Below are positions 27,370-39,799 of a DNA stretch of 64,000 nucleotides, one piece after another. A model generated the notes under the pieces. The model saw only the letters and a list, made by a program, of their open reading frames with translations. It made no database searches and had not been told where the DNA came from. This stretch comes from Eledone cirrhosa (Eukaryota): NCBI GenBank assembly GCA_964016885.1, contig OZ024740.1, forward strand, positions 160,890,001-160,954,000, written 5' to 3'. The first letter of the stretch is position 1. Each line of letters starts with the position of its first letter. The translations under genes were made by a program, and so were the position numbers.

Positions 27370-27415
27370 TGCTCTGATGAGTCCCACTTATAGTGCGGAT
27401 GAAACAATGTTAGCA
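27370..27415 (+). ncRNA. Type I hammerhead ribozyme in the PLE 3' region
   Basis: tgct-CTGATGA-gtcc.cac.ttata.gtg.c.ggat-GAAAC-aat-GTT-agca. All core nucleotides and all three stems are present. Confidence 0.8.
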
Positions 27416-27548
27416 AGTAAAGATATGCATATGCTATAAGTGTTCTTTGTTATTTATTTATTATATTACGGCTCTGTCCTTACATTGAGCTAACCTCATA
27501 CTGCCTGCTGGATAAGTGGAGTGTTATACACCCCTGATCCTTTCCCTA

Positions 27549-27586
<38 letters not shown>

Positions 27587-27672
27587 TAGCTCTGTAATTT
27601 ACATAGAGTAAGCACTCTTCCCTCCTATGACTTTTTCAATTTTCAACGGAAACTTCAATACTTATATATATA

Positions 27673-28183
27673 TCATCATCATCATCAGGTCGAGCTTGCT
27701 CGGCTTTCTACGACACGTTTCCTCCATCTATCTCTGTCTCTCATAGCGTTTGCCAGTTCTTCCGCAGTGCATCCAGTATCGTCCTCAAGTTGCTTGACAT
27801 ATGTCTTCTTGGGACGACCAGCGTTTCTTGCTCCATGAGATGGACTCTATAACAACACATCACCTGCTATTTCTTCCTTGCTGCGCCAACAGTGGCCAGC
27901 AAATCTGAGTCTCTGTCCACGTATTGACCTGCTGATAGGTGGTATGTTGCCATAGAGATCCTGGGAAAAGCCTGGGGAGCATTGAATGCAATGGAAAAGA
28001 TATGGAGATCAAACCTGCCAGCCAAACTGAAAAGGAATTTTTTCAGAGCTGCTGTGGAATCTGTGCTTGTTTATGGCTCTATCACTTGGACGCTAACGTC
28101 GAAACTGGAGAAAAAGCTAGACGGGGCATACACATGTATGCTCCGCGCTGCTTTGAACGTGTCTTGGAGGGAACACTCAACAA
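27673..28183 (-). mobile_element. 5'-truncated RTE-like LINE with inverted 5' segment
   Basis: Minus 27960->27688 reads LYGNIPPISRSIRGQRLRFAGHCWR..GRPKKTY..RDRWR plus a (TGA)n tail. Plus 27963-28183 reads KAWGA..VLVYGSITW..NVSWREHSTN. Confidence 0.85.
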
Positions 28184-28215
28184 ATATATATATATATTTA
28201 TATATATATATATAT

Positions 28216-29892
28216 TCTTTAGGTTTGTTGGTTCACCACTGGATAGAATTGGTCATTCCGTATGGTCAATCCTGGTGTAATATTGTGGAGAGTACTCAAC
28301 GTAGTGCAGTTCACCCGTCTTCGTTTGTGTAGTTGGTGTTGCGAATACAAAGTTAATTATAAATAAAATAACAGGAGGCTGGACTGGTGTAAATCCTTGA
28401 AAGGTTTATTATACTATGATCATTTCAATGACCGGGTTCCATATGAATCCGGTGATATCATCAGGTATTGGAATATAACAAAGGAATATGTAAAAAAACC
28501 ATGGGTCCGAAAAATCAGAGACAGAGACAAAGAGGACGACTCACCTACTAGCTGCTTCCACCTCGGCCAGTCGCCCTCAAAGTGGAGGCAACTCAATCTA
28601 CTAATGACCATCTGGTGAGGGGGCGAAGGCTTATAATGCACTACCACCTCTCTGTCAAAGAAAAAGGGGAAGAAAGAAAGCAAGAAAGAAGTCAGCGTAA
28701 GGGTAACACTACAGTCATTCTAGAAAACGCCGCGAAAAATGCTACTCCAAAGAATCTATATTTAACAAAGGCATATATAATGGGTGTCTGTATGGTCTAA
28801 TGTGTGAACTGAAAATTGGAAGGTTAAACTTATGTTACGAGTTATATGATGAAATTAAATTAAAAAATATTAAATAGCAAAATAATAAATTGAAAAATAA
28901 ATTATTAGAAAATTAAAGGTTAAGATAGCGAGATTTATATAATTAACTTACAGAGAGAGTCTTATATGAAAAAGTTAATCCTGATAAGATATAAGGATGG
29001 GATATAGAGTAAATATTTCGATTGTGAATCCCAGCCAGCACCTCCTAACCACCAGTCAGCCAGTTATGAGTGGTATCGTCCAGCGAAAGAAATGGAAATT
29101 AATTTTTCCGAGTACTCTAGGAACGTAGCTACCTTAGGCCCCAGGAGTGTTAGCGGGAAGTCCACAATTTCGACAGGCCCTCTATACCAAACGTATATTA
29201 TTTATTCACATGTGAGGGGCTTATTTACGTGCCAGTAGAGGCATGATACAGCTAACAGTTATGCCTAAGCCTGGAGTTTATAGGTATAAGTATAATATGG
29301 CGGCCAAAACAGGCGGTGCGTTGGCACCGGGGCAAAGCAATCCGCTCCGAATAATTTCGTTTACCGAAAGAGGGGAAATGTATTTTTCCAAGCACTCAAG
29401 GAAGGCTGAACTTTCCGATGCCCAGCGCGCAGCCGGGAAAAGCCACCACATAAGTCGAAGGTAGCAACCCAATGAAAAGTGCAAATAGACCATAATTATT
29501 TTAAAGTCCCAGTTAGTCCGGGTTATAAGTAGTGTGGTTCTTTGGTGGGTAGGGGGTTATGAAAGGTGCATAATGACGTGTGTAAGGAAAGTTACAAAAA
29601 AAATAATAAAAGCAGGATACAGAGATAAAATACAAAGATGAAGATAAAATACAAAGTCTTTATTCTCTCGTTCACGATTCCACCGAATTTATATTCATAG
29701 AAATCTGGGACTTGTTTCTTCTTCCTCTCTTTCTGCTGCTTAAACCATTTTGTTTGTTTACCTTAGCGTCCCCTTTATTTACGTGTCCCAGCGACTTTTT
29801 TTTAGCCGTTGCTCGCACCAACCTGAGGTATATGGCCTTTAATGCAACGAAATGCCTACGACGGTTGGATTGCCACTGATGAGGACAAACTT

Positions 29893-29896
<4 letters not shown>
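28216..29896 (-). mobile_element. Non-coding (TA)n-bounded insert, probably a long PLE 3' UTR
   Basis: Intact HHR on the minus strand ~200 nt from the left end, followed by aataaa. CpG-rich interior with no recognisable ORF. Confidence 0.5.
28411..28468 (-). ncRNA. Type I hammerhead ribozyme
   Basis: Minus strand: atac-CTGATGA-tatc.accgg.attcatatggaac.ccggt.catt-GAAAT-gatc-ATA-gtat, with palindromic stem III ATGATCAT. Confidence 0.75.
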
Positions 29897-29942
<46 letters not shown>

Positions 29943-30152
29943 ATTAGGTATCGAGAGAGAGAAGAGAATGGAAAGATGGTCGATACATATATTTAGTTGC
30001 CAATAGTTTATGCATGTGTGCTCAATACTCGTGCCTACAGGGTTAAATATTAGAGGCATCAATATTTAGTGGGCGAGAAAAAATAAGCAGAGCGATTATA
30101 AAGGAAATTAATACAAAGAGTTCAAAACCGTTAAAACATGTTTATATAATTG

Positions 30153-30197
30153 TGCAATTACGTACGTTTCGCCCTGAGCGGGCTTATCAAGGGCATG
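30153..30197 (-). ncRNA. Hammerhead motif with U3-A8 core
   Basis: Minus strand: TTGATAA-gccc-gctca-gggc-GAAAC-gtac-GTA. Palindromic stem III. Stem I is weak. Confidence 0.6.
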
Positions 30198-30382
30198 GAA
30201 AGCAAAATAATGTTCAATATAGGACCCAGCAGGGAATTCACGGTTAAATTAACATCATCATTCATTTTCCCCTCTGTGCAAGTGTTTTTATTATCACACA
30301 CACAAACATATATATAATAATAATAATAATATTATTTATACTTATATATATATATAGGAGGAAGTTATAGTTCACTTGAAGC

Positions 30383-30781
30383 ATAAATGTTTGTAGTTGT
30401 AAGGCTAAAACAATGCAGGTATGGATATAGAATATAAATGCAAATGCAAAAGATATTGTTGACAATTAGTCTTTTACTTTAAATTTATTTAAATATCTTT
30501 AATTTTCAAGATAATATCTCTTCTTCGGAGGGAAGTAAAGTCGTTAATCCAGCGTTCTAAATAGCTTGCCAAGTCATGCTGACAGGATGACTTGGCAAGC
30601 TATTTAGAATGCTGGATTAACCACTTTACTTCCCTCCGAAGAAGGGATATTATCTCGAAAATTAAGGATATTTAAATAAATTTAAGGTAAAAGATTAATT
30701 GTCAACAATATCTTTTGCATTTGCATTCATATTCTATATCCATACCTGCATTGTTTTGGCCTTACAACTACAAACGTTTAT
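30383..30781. repeat. ~400-bp palindrome with almost no spacer and a variant HHR-like motif in each arm
   Basis: Arms mirror around ~30582. cct-CCGAAGA-agggatattatctc-GAAA-A-TTA-agg at 30633-30667. Confidence 0.85.
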
Positions 30782-30814
30782 ACCTTATATATATATACAC
30801 AATATATAATTATA

Positions 30815-31120
30815 AACAGGAAAGGTCAGTAATTCTCTACCACCTTATTACCAGTAAGAAAAATAGTTCAATGTAAATACATCAGATGTTTTACAGAGCC
30901 GGAATATAAATTACAGAATAATCAAAACTATGTTCAAAACATTTTTATTGCTGACAATCGTTTCTTCCAAACTTTCGTTTGGAATCATCAGAGCACTAGC
31001 AAAGTTTAGACATATAATTAGCTTTGCTAGTGCTCTGATGATTCCAAACGAAAGTTTGGAAGAAACGATTGTCACCAATTAAATGTTTTGAACATAGTTT
31101 TGATTATTCTGTAATTTTTA
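30815..31120. mobile_element. Short head-to-head PLE-end palindrome (arms ~100 bp) with left-side tail
   Basis: 30905-31004 mirrors 31022-31120. Each arm has an HHR. TA flanks. Confidence 0.85.
30949..30995 (-). ncRNA. Type I hammerhead ribozyme (intact copy; mirror at 31031-31077 has a stem I mismatch)
   Basis: tgct-CTGATGA-ttccaaac-gaaa-gtttggaa-GAAAC-gatt-GTC-agca, with a perfect 8-bp stem II closed by a GNRA loop. Confidence 0.85.
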
Positions 31121-32028
31121 TATATATATATAGAGAGAGAGAGAAAGAGAGAGAAGCAGCCTCGCAGCTTTCACTGTGTGTGTGAGTGTTTGTGTGTGTA
31201 TTTGTATAAAAAAATGAAAATATATATATAGAGAGATAGATAGACTAGCAGCTTCCCGGCCTTCATTGTGCCACAGCCTACCCTACTGATTGATAACTGA
31301 AATGAATTCCAGAATAGAGTATACTTAATAGATTTAAAAGTGTGGTGGCAATTTAAACAAATTAAGGAGGATTACCAATAAAATTAATACAACTAATATC
31401 AACCAATTGATAAATCAAATCAATTAATAAAAATATATTAAAAATATTGATATATACTTAAACTAGTGCTGGTTTCACCAATGACAAACTGTTAGTATCA
31501 GTTATGTAAATAAATGCCTATTCCATCAATCAGTTGCATAACAACTCTGACTTAGAATAGGATCTTCAGAGAGAGAGAGACATACACACACGGCCAACTG
31601 GCCTGTTCCTCCTCATAGTGATGTCATCCAGTATGGGGCTCCAAAACTATGATTCCGCTGTGTGAAGGGCTCAGCGTGGCCAACAGAGTTATCCCTTCTC
31701 ATAGCAGTGCCATTCAGTTCTAGGCTCCCAAACTGTGGTTCCACAGTGAGAAGGCTTCATCACGGCCAATGGTTTGTCCTTCCTCACAGAAATGCCATAC
31801 TGTAAATGCGGTTCCAACAGGCATGACCCTCCACATAGCAGTGTCATACAGTTCCAGGTTCTCAAACCCATCTAACCCATGCAAGCATGGAAAAACAGAC
31901 GCTAAATAATGATGATGCCAAAACCACTTGGTGCCGCAGTCAGGATTTTATACATCTATATAGATATATATATATATATATGTCTGTGTGTGTGTCTAAA
32001 CAATAATAGCAACAACTAGGTTATATAT

Positions 32029-32560
<532 letters not shown>

Positions 32561-32562
<2 letters not shown>

Positions 32563-35017
32563 CTTTTGCGAGGAGTTTGATGTGAAATCATGTGTTGAAA
32601 CAAATATTGTTATACATGGGGAGGGTCATATTGTTGTAATAATATTGCCAGAAATAATAACAGAACACACTCACTGTTTGGTTGGTTTTCGCTTCTGTAT
32701 CTTTTATATCTCCACAGTTAATTCATATGGTCCTCAATGTTTATCATTGACTGACCAACGGTCAAAAATACAGATATAATATAGATATAAACACATATAT
32801 TTATAGTCTAACAAAGTTCTTTCGTTGCACATCTGCAACATCATCAGTGGTACTATTATGTTCCTCCTGTTGTATTGTGTCTACGACATTTTAATTTTAT
32901 CTGTTTATTTATTTATTTATTTTTGTCTTCATCTCTGCGCATGCGTTTGCGTGTGTGTTTGGTGTGTGTGTTCGCGTTTGGGTGATTGTGTTTTGGTTAT
33001 TGTATTCTATCTTAGTTTACTAGTGTGTTTTTATATGCGTTTGTTGTTATTGTGCTTGTGTATATATTTATTTATTTATTTATTTATATTTCTCTTAAGT
33101 CAGTATTGTTTGTTTGGGTGTTGTTATTCCATTCAATTTTTCTGTTTAGCTTTGGCCTTCTAAGTTCTATTTCGCTTGCCTCTCTGATTTACCTACCTGC
33201 TGGGTTATTTCTATGTTTAGATATTATTTTAATTTCTATGTTGTCTATGTTACCGTCACGTTGTTGTCTGGCGTGTTCGAATAGTACTGAACCGTTTTTT
33301 CGTCCTTTAAATTCCCCCCAGTGTTGGTCTATCCTTTCTCCTATGCTTCGAGCTGTCCCGCCTATGTATGTTGGTGTCATGTTTCGGCAAGTACTCTCTG
33401 TACATCTTATGCTATAGACTACATTTCTAGTTTTACAGTTTATCTGGGGGTTTACTTTACATATAACATATTTCCTATTAATACAGTGGGTTTTCTTAAA
33501 AGGGTATGTTTTGCTGATCAGGAATTTTATGGTAGTTCCTGGCTTTTCTACCACTTTAATCTTTAAGTGGGTCTTTCTCAGGGCCTTTCGACATTGGTTA
33601 GCTAATTTCCCTCCAGGGGTAGCGTCCACGAACATGACACTATGGTATCTCTGGTTGTCGTACCATGAGGTGGCTTTTCCTATCTTATGTTTAGTCCTAT
33701 CTAAGCTATTCCATGATTTGCTCCTTTATAATGTGCACATTCCTTTCATGTCCAGTTCTATGAGGGTCTTATACTTCTCCGTGGCTCCTTTGTATACTCT
33801 GATTCTGTCTCTTTGGTTGTAGCCAGAGAACTGCATGAGGTTGATGAAGTGTTGGATGTGTCTTTCCCTTTCTGTTGGGTCGCACATGCGGGACACGTTC
33901 TTCATCACTCGTACCAAGTCTGTGATCAGAATATTAAAATTAGCACTACTGGACATTGCTGAGTTTTTGAGTATTAGGTATTTGGAGGCCATGGGTTTAG
34001 TGTAGTGTGACTGGAGAATTTGGGCCCTCTCGTCTATAGTGTTAATCCAGAGTTCCATGTCTAATAGAGGTAGTCTATTGTTAGGGTGTTTGGAAGAGTA
34101 GTCGATAGTTACAGTTAAACTCTGGTGTATGGAGTTAGCTATCTGCTGAATGCTTTCCATTGTGCTACATTCTAAATTATATTTGTTCGTACTCTCTTGT
34201 AGGGGTGTCCTTATTACTATATTAATATCGTCTACGTAACGAGGGTACATGATGTGGTCTATGGAGCTCTCATCAAGGAGTTCTGTGAGTCTCCTTTCCC
34301 ACCATATCATAAAAAGCTTGGCAACATCACCAGCTATGCTGACACCAATGGCTGGTCCTTCATTTTAGGTTTAGATCTTTTACGTTGAATTTGAATATAT
34401 GGCCCTTTCAGGTAGTTTTAATACTAGCCCCTATTGCATGCGCAACCATTTTTCGTACCTGATTATTGTTTTGGGGGGTCCGTATGGCTTTGGTCCACCC
34501 AATCCACCTTCCCATGGGAGTCTTTTTTTGACATTGAGTTTATGGTGGAGGTTCTACCTCTTATGGGTCTACTGGGGCAGAAACGGCTAAGGTCATGGCT
34601 GTCTAGGTACTCCGTATCATAGGTAAGCCTAAGTAGGAGGCCCAGTTCATCTGTGTCGACGTTGCAGAACTCCTCCTCACTCTCACTGATCATCTCCACA
34701 CATTTTTCCAAAGAAAAATGAATGTTAATGGATGGATACAGTGATACCACATCCATAATGCCTATTATGCAGTTGGATAGGTTTTTGTTTTTGTTGCATT
34801 CATTAATTCTACTGAAGAGGTCCTCTGTACTGTCACATACATCTGGGGACATCTTGATTATGGGGCGTATAACCATTGAGAGGAAGTAGGAGATCCTGTA
34901 GTTGCTAGCGATATTGGCTCCGCATACAGGTCTCGTTGCTGGTCCTGTTGTCGGGTCGTCGACTGTCTTATGGTCTTTGTAGAGCCCATACAAGGGTGGT
35001 ATGTCATTGTTAGACAC
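32561..35017 (-). mobile_element. Decayed PLE of a different clade (RT plus GIY-YIG, frameshifted)
   Basis: PPLYGLYKDHK, RPVCGA, DVVSLYPSI, GPAIG, RYVDDI, LPLLD, YTKPM; C-terminal NVVYSIRC..C..TYIG..R..H. Split across ORFs 34463-35017, 33726-34310 and 33189-33635. Confidence 0.88.
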
Positions 35018-35533
35018 CTGGAAGTTGTTGGCAATGCGTTGCTATTTTTGTTTAGACCCAATTTTACACAAATGCAATAGACTTATGATCAAAAGTATTC
35101 TAACTATGACTATTTTTACTTGTGGGTGTGTTTGTGGGGTGGGGGAAAGTTATTGGCCCATTATCCAGTGTCTTCATTTATTTTGAAGACAGTAAGTAGC
35201 ATGTGATACAAAGGCGATTTGACTGATATTCCTAACAAGGTGAGCTTCAGCTCACCTTTGTCTGCTCTGCTCTTTTGTATTTGTCTGTCTATTGAGGCAT
35301 CTAGCTAGCTAATATACATATTAGTTAATATATTATCTTTGCATTTTATCTGTTTGCATATGTTTATGTATGGATGTGTATATATTTATATATATGTATG
35401 GATAGATGTGTGTATATAATGTTTTTCTATAGATATAGAACACCCTGTCTTTTATATACTAAAAATATAAAGATATATTTTATCCATGCCAGTTAATATT
35501 CTATCAATACATTTGTGTTTCTCTTACTCTCTC

Positions 35534-35584
<51 letters not shown>

Positions 35585-35650
35585 CATCTCTCTCTTTATA
35601 GATATATATATACATGTGTGTGTGTATATATATATATGTATATATATATG

Positions 35651-35692
<42 letters not shown>

Positions 35693-35879
35693 TACACATT
35701 CGTACATACATATACATACTGAAATTTGTATCCCGTGCTAGCGTGGAAGAACGGACGTAAAACGGTGATGATTATATATATATATATATATATTATTACT
35801 ATATATATATATATGTTTATGCACACAAAAATACATTCACATCTGTACAATAAAATCGATAAAAATCAATGATATATAA

Positions 35880-35977
<98 letters not shown>

Positions 35978-36317
35978 CCTCATGTACTACCACTACCACC
36001 ACAAGGAATATATACTATTTCTTTTGGAAACATTGATGAAATAATACTTCAAATACACTACAGGCCTTTTTCATAATTTTACAACCATGCAGAAAATTAC
36101 ATTGATAAAAATATCACAAGCACTGTGACCATGTTTTAGTCAATAAATGTTTCATGTGTTTCATATAAAACAACCAACATTGCTTTGAAATTCTTTTAGG
36201 TTTTGATGGGAGGGAGATGTTTGTTTTTGTGTTGTTTTCTTGTTTCATTTTTTACTGTTTAAATTTTTATTTTTTTTTATATCTGAAAAAGTAGATTGCT
36301 TAAATGCAAACAAAACC

Positions 36318-36353
<36 letters not shown>

Positions 36354-36399
36354 TCGCCTCTCCATCTCTATCTCACTCTCTCTTTCCACTCACTTTCCT

Positions 36400-36488
<89 letters not shown>

Positions 36489-36712
36489 ACTCTCTTTCCA
36501 CTCACTCACTCTCTCCCTCTATATATCTCTCTCTTCCCTTTCACTCTTTCATTCTTTCTCTCTCATACCCTCTTCCTGTCTTTCTCTATCTTTCTCATGC
36601 TGGCACAGATTTATTTATTCCTACACTCATTTTACACAGATTTTTATAAACACGTTTGCATGTATATACACATGGGTTTACACTTGTTTATTTACACACT
36701 TTCATATACATG

Positions 36713-36785
<73 letters not shown>

Positions 36786-36896
36786 TTATACACATGCATT
36801 TGTATTTATATTTACCCTGTTGTAAAATGTACATGTCTCATAAAAATGATCTATCTATCTATCGATATATACATTTGCATGTGTGTGATGTGTGTA

Positions 36897-36942
<46 letters not shown>

Positions 36943-38714
36943 CCATGTACAATAGAAAGAATAAAACGTTACCATCATGATTATTATTTTCATCATCATC
37001 ATTATAGCTAGTTTATTATTTCTATATTCCGAAATCAATCAAACAGCTTTATTAGATTGTTTCTTATCAATACTTATTGTCAACGTCTTTGATGTGTGCA
37101 GTAAATATTTCACTGAATCAGCTACTGCTAGATTTAACCCTTTGTTACTGGATTTTAATGAAATACACTGCCTATGTGTTACAATTAATTTTGAAAATAA
37201 CCAAACGTTTGGAAGAATTTAATGAAATAACTATGTTTTTCATTTGTAAGGTGATACTTAGAATATTACTTAATAATGATTTTTTAAATAAAATTATGAT
37301 GAAAGGTTTTTAATATAAGGATCAACATTTTAAATTGAGCAGTTTTGTATAAGAAATCCATGGTAATTTCAGACAGTTCCTTTTGATACTAACACGCCTG
37401 AGGCTACACCTGTTTCTGCAATATCAAACAATTTGTTTTAAAATGTTTAGATTAAAATTAAAGAAAGATCATGTTTTTATTAACCATGTTGATACCAAAG
37501 TGCCTAAAACCACCCTGCTTCTATGATACAAAGTGTTTACATTTATCTAAAAACACCATTGTTAAGGTTAAATATTTTACTAAATCCTTCCAAATTCTTG
37601 ATTATTTTCAAAATTAATTGAAAATCTTAGGCAGAAACTTGCATACGAAATGTAGTAATGAAAGGATTAATTCATATTCCAAAACACAAATTTAATGTTT
37701 GTTTGTCTTATTGCTTGTCCATAAATGTCCATGGTCTTTTCTCAGAGCCTGTTAGGAGGGAAAGATTTAAATATTTAGGGAGGAAGGACAATATTCACAA
37801 GCAGGAGACCTGATTTAAATGCTTTCAAAACAATGGACTCTGATAACAGATCTCAAGAGCCAAATGGTAGTGTTAACCCGAATAATGGCTTAAGTTTATC
37901 ATCTCAAGGTTATGCTTACCACTTGTATGGGTAAAGTCTACCAGCCAAGGATTAAGTCAACCTCCAAAGTGTTAAATGTACCACCCAAAGTTTAACCCTT
38001 TAGCATTTAAACTGACCATATCTGGCCAGAATTCCCTCATCTCTTTCTGTTCAAACCAGCTGTAACTGGCCACTCATACTGATGTTAAAATATTGTTCTC
38101 AAAATAAATGACATCAAACTCTCGTAGATTTGATATTATGTGAAATAATTATGTAAGATAAAGCCTTTACCACAAAAAAAAAACAATAGTAAATATAGAG
38201 TAATGCTAAAGGGTGAAGTATGACAAAGTTGGTTATTTTACAAAAATCTCCCCATACCTTTGTTATTTTTATATCTAATTGAAACACAGAAGCATAAATT
38301 TCATTAAAAATATAGTAACCAAAGCATTAATCATTATAGATTTTTCTCTATACCAAACATTTTTCAATATTTTTCCAGACGCCATAAAGAGAAGTAGCTG
38401 CTAAAAGTATTATGCTGCTTAATCAGCTATTTAAAATGTTTATCATATAAATAAAAACAATTTTTTTAGTTGTTTTGAAATAGAGATAAATTCATGCATT
38501 GCACTTTACAGAAAATGAACACACATGGAACAGTACTGTATATTATAACACTAAAGTCTTCTAAATACCCTTGCATTTACTGACTTGTTTCAAAAACCCA
38601 TGGTATAGTAGTTAATATTATCTGCTGTATGTCAAAATAAATCCCTGTTATTGTTGCTATTGTTATTACTTTTAGGGGGAGGGTATTGGTCTAAGATTGA
38701 TGCCATTAACATCA

Positions 38715-38975
38715 TTTCATCATCATTTCATTTTACGACCGCTTTTTCCCTGCTTGCAAGGGTGGGACGGGAACTGATTTTGGCTTGATTTCTACAGCTG
38801 GATGCCCTTCCTAACACTAACCTCATTTACATTGAGTGCTGGGTGCTTTTTTGCCGTGGCACCTCCACGATAAAGTGTCTTGCTCAAGGAAACAACACAT
38901 CACCCGATCTGAGAATTGAACTCACAACCTTTCGATTGCAAGGCCAATGCTCTAACCACTAAGCCATGTGCCTCC
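38715..38975 (-). mobile_element. SINE, same family as 32171-32517 with internal deletion
   Basis: Reverse-complement match over head and tail. Confidence 0.8.
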
Positions 38976-38979
38976 ATTC

Positions 38980-39440
38980 TTCTTAAACTGTTGTAATGCC
39001 TGTAAGATAGACAGGATCAGGGATGGAATTTCAGAGTGCCAGCATTCCGGAGAGGAAGGATTAGCGATAGTGGTTAATGTGTGACCTTGGTGGGACTGAA
39101 GTATCTGAGTGGAGAAGACACAAGGCCAGCCAGCTCTGATAGTAAATGAGAAGACAGCACATTTGTTGACCAGAGTTGGAGTGTGTTGGGGAATGACTTC
39201 ATACCAATCAATCAAGTGAAGGTCCTTTGGATGTGATCTAGGACATCTGTGTGTGTATCTGCAGCACAGTCCCAAATGAGGGAGCAGTACTTCATTGGGA
39301 ATCACACTTGAACTTTGTAAGGGGTTAGTAATTGTTTGGGACTCAATTATTTTCTGGCCTTGAAAAGGGAAGCCAATCTTGTGAAGTAATCTTTGGTGAA
39401 GTTGTATGGGGAATCTGTCAAGGAGTAACTTTATTGCAAT
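38980..39440 (-). mobile_element. Decayed CR1/L2/Jockey-group LINE 3' remnant
   Basis: Minus-strand MKYCSLIWDCAADTHTDVLDHIQR resembles the MEYCSxxW..LDxIQ thumb motif. Confidence 0.55.
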
Positions 39441-39723
39441 CAGTCCAGTGAAAAGTAGATAAAAAAAAACAGAATATTATAAAACTTAGCTTTCTGTTCT
39501 GTCATTCTTTTACTGGCTTCATTTGCAAACCACTCTCAAGGTATATAAGGGATTACAATGCATTCTCCCACGGTATTTATAGTGGTTTGGCCTTGAATTA
39601 ATCCTGACAGACCATGACTATCCTATCATCTTTTCTCTGTGTACAGGAAACACATGAACTCTTTATCTAACAAAGCAGATGTTGTTTTATGACTAACCTT
39701 TTATATTCTAAAACAAAATGTAT

Positions 39724-39799
39724 GAGCAGGACCTTATCACCTGACCTGTCAGTCCTCAACAGAGCAGGATCTTGTCACCTGACCAGTCAGTCCTCAACC
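39724..39799. repeat. 38-bp tandem duplication
   Basis: gagcagga(c/t)ctt(a/g)tcacctgacc(t/a)gtcagtcctcaac occurs twice. Confidence 0.85.

Larger units (their letters stand above)
19760..27550. mobile_element. Penelope-like element (Naiad-type) as a large head-to-head inverted repeat
   Basis: Left arm 19760-23135 is the near-perfect reverse complement of right arm 24096-27466. Unique spacer 23136-24095 encodes the RT core. An ~85-bp tail lies on the right only. (TA)n on both sides. Confidence 0.93.

Noticed and set aside
19760-27466. Interpretation as a DNA transposon with giant TIRs or a linear-plasmid/virus end
   Set aside because: The arms are the 3' part of an RT-GIY-YIG retroelement. 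There is no transposase, protein-primed polymerase or clear TSD.
31244-31270. Helitron-like 3' end on the minus strand (gccgggaagctgCTAGt)
   Set aside because: Only the terminal motif is visible, with no matching hairpin or 5' end.
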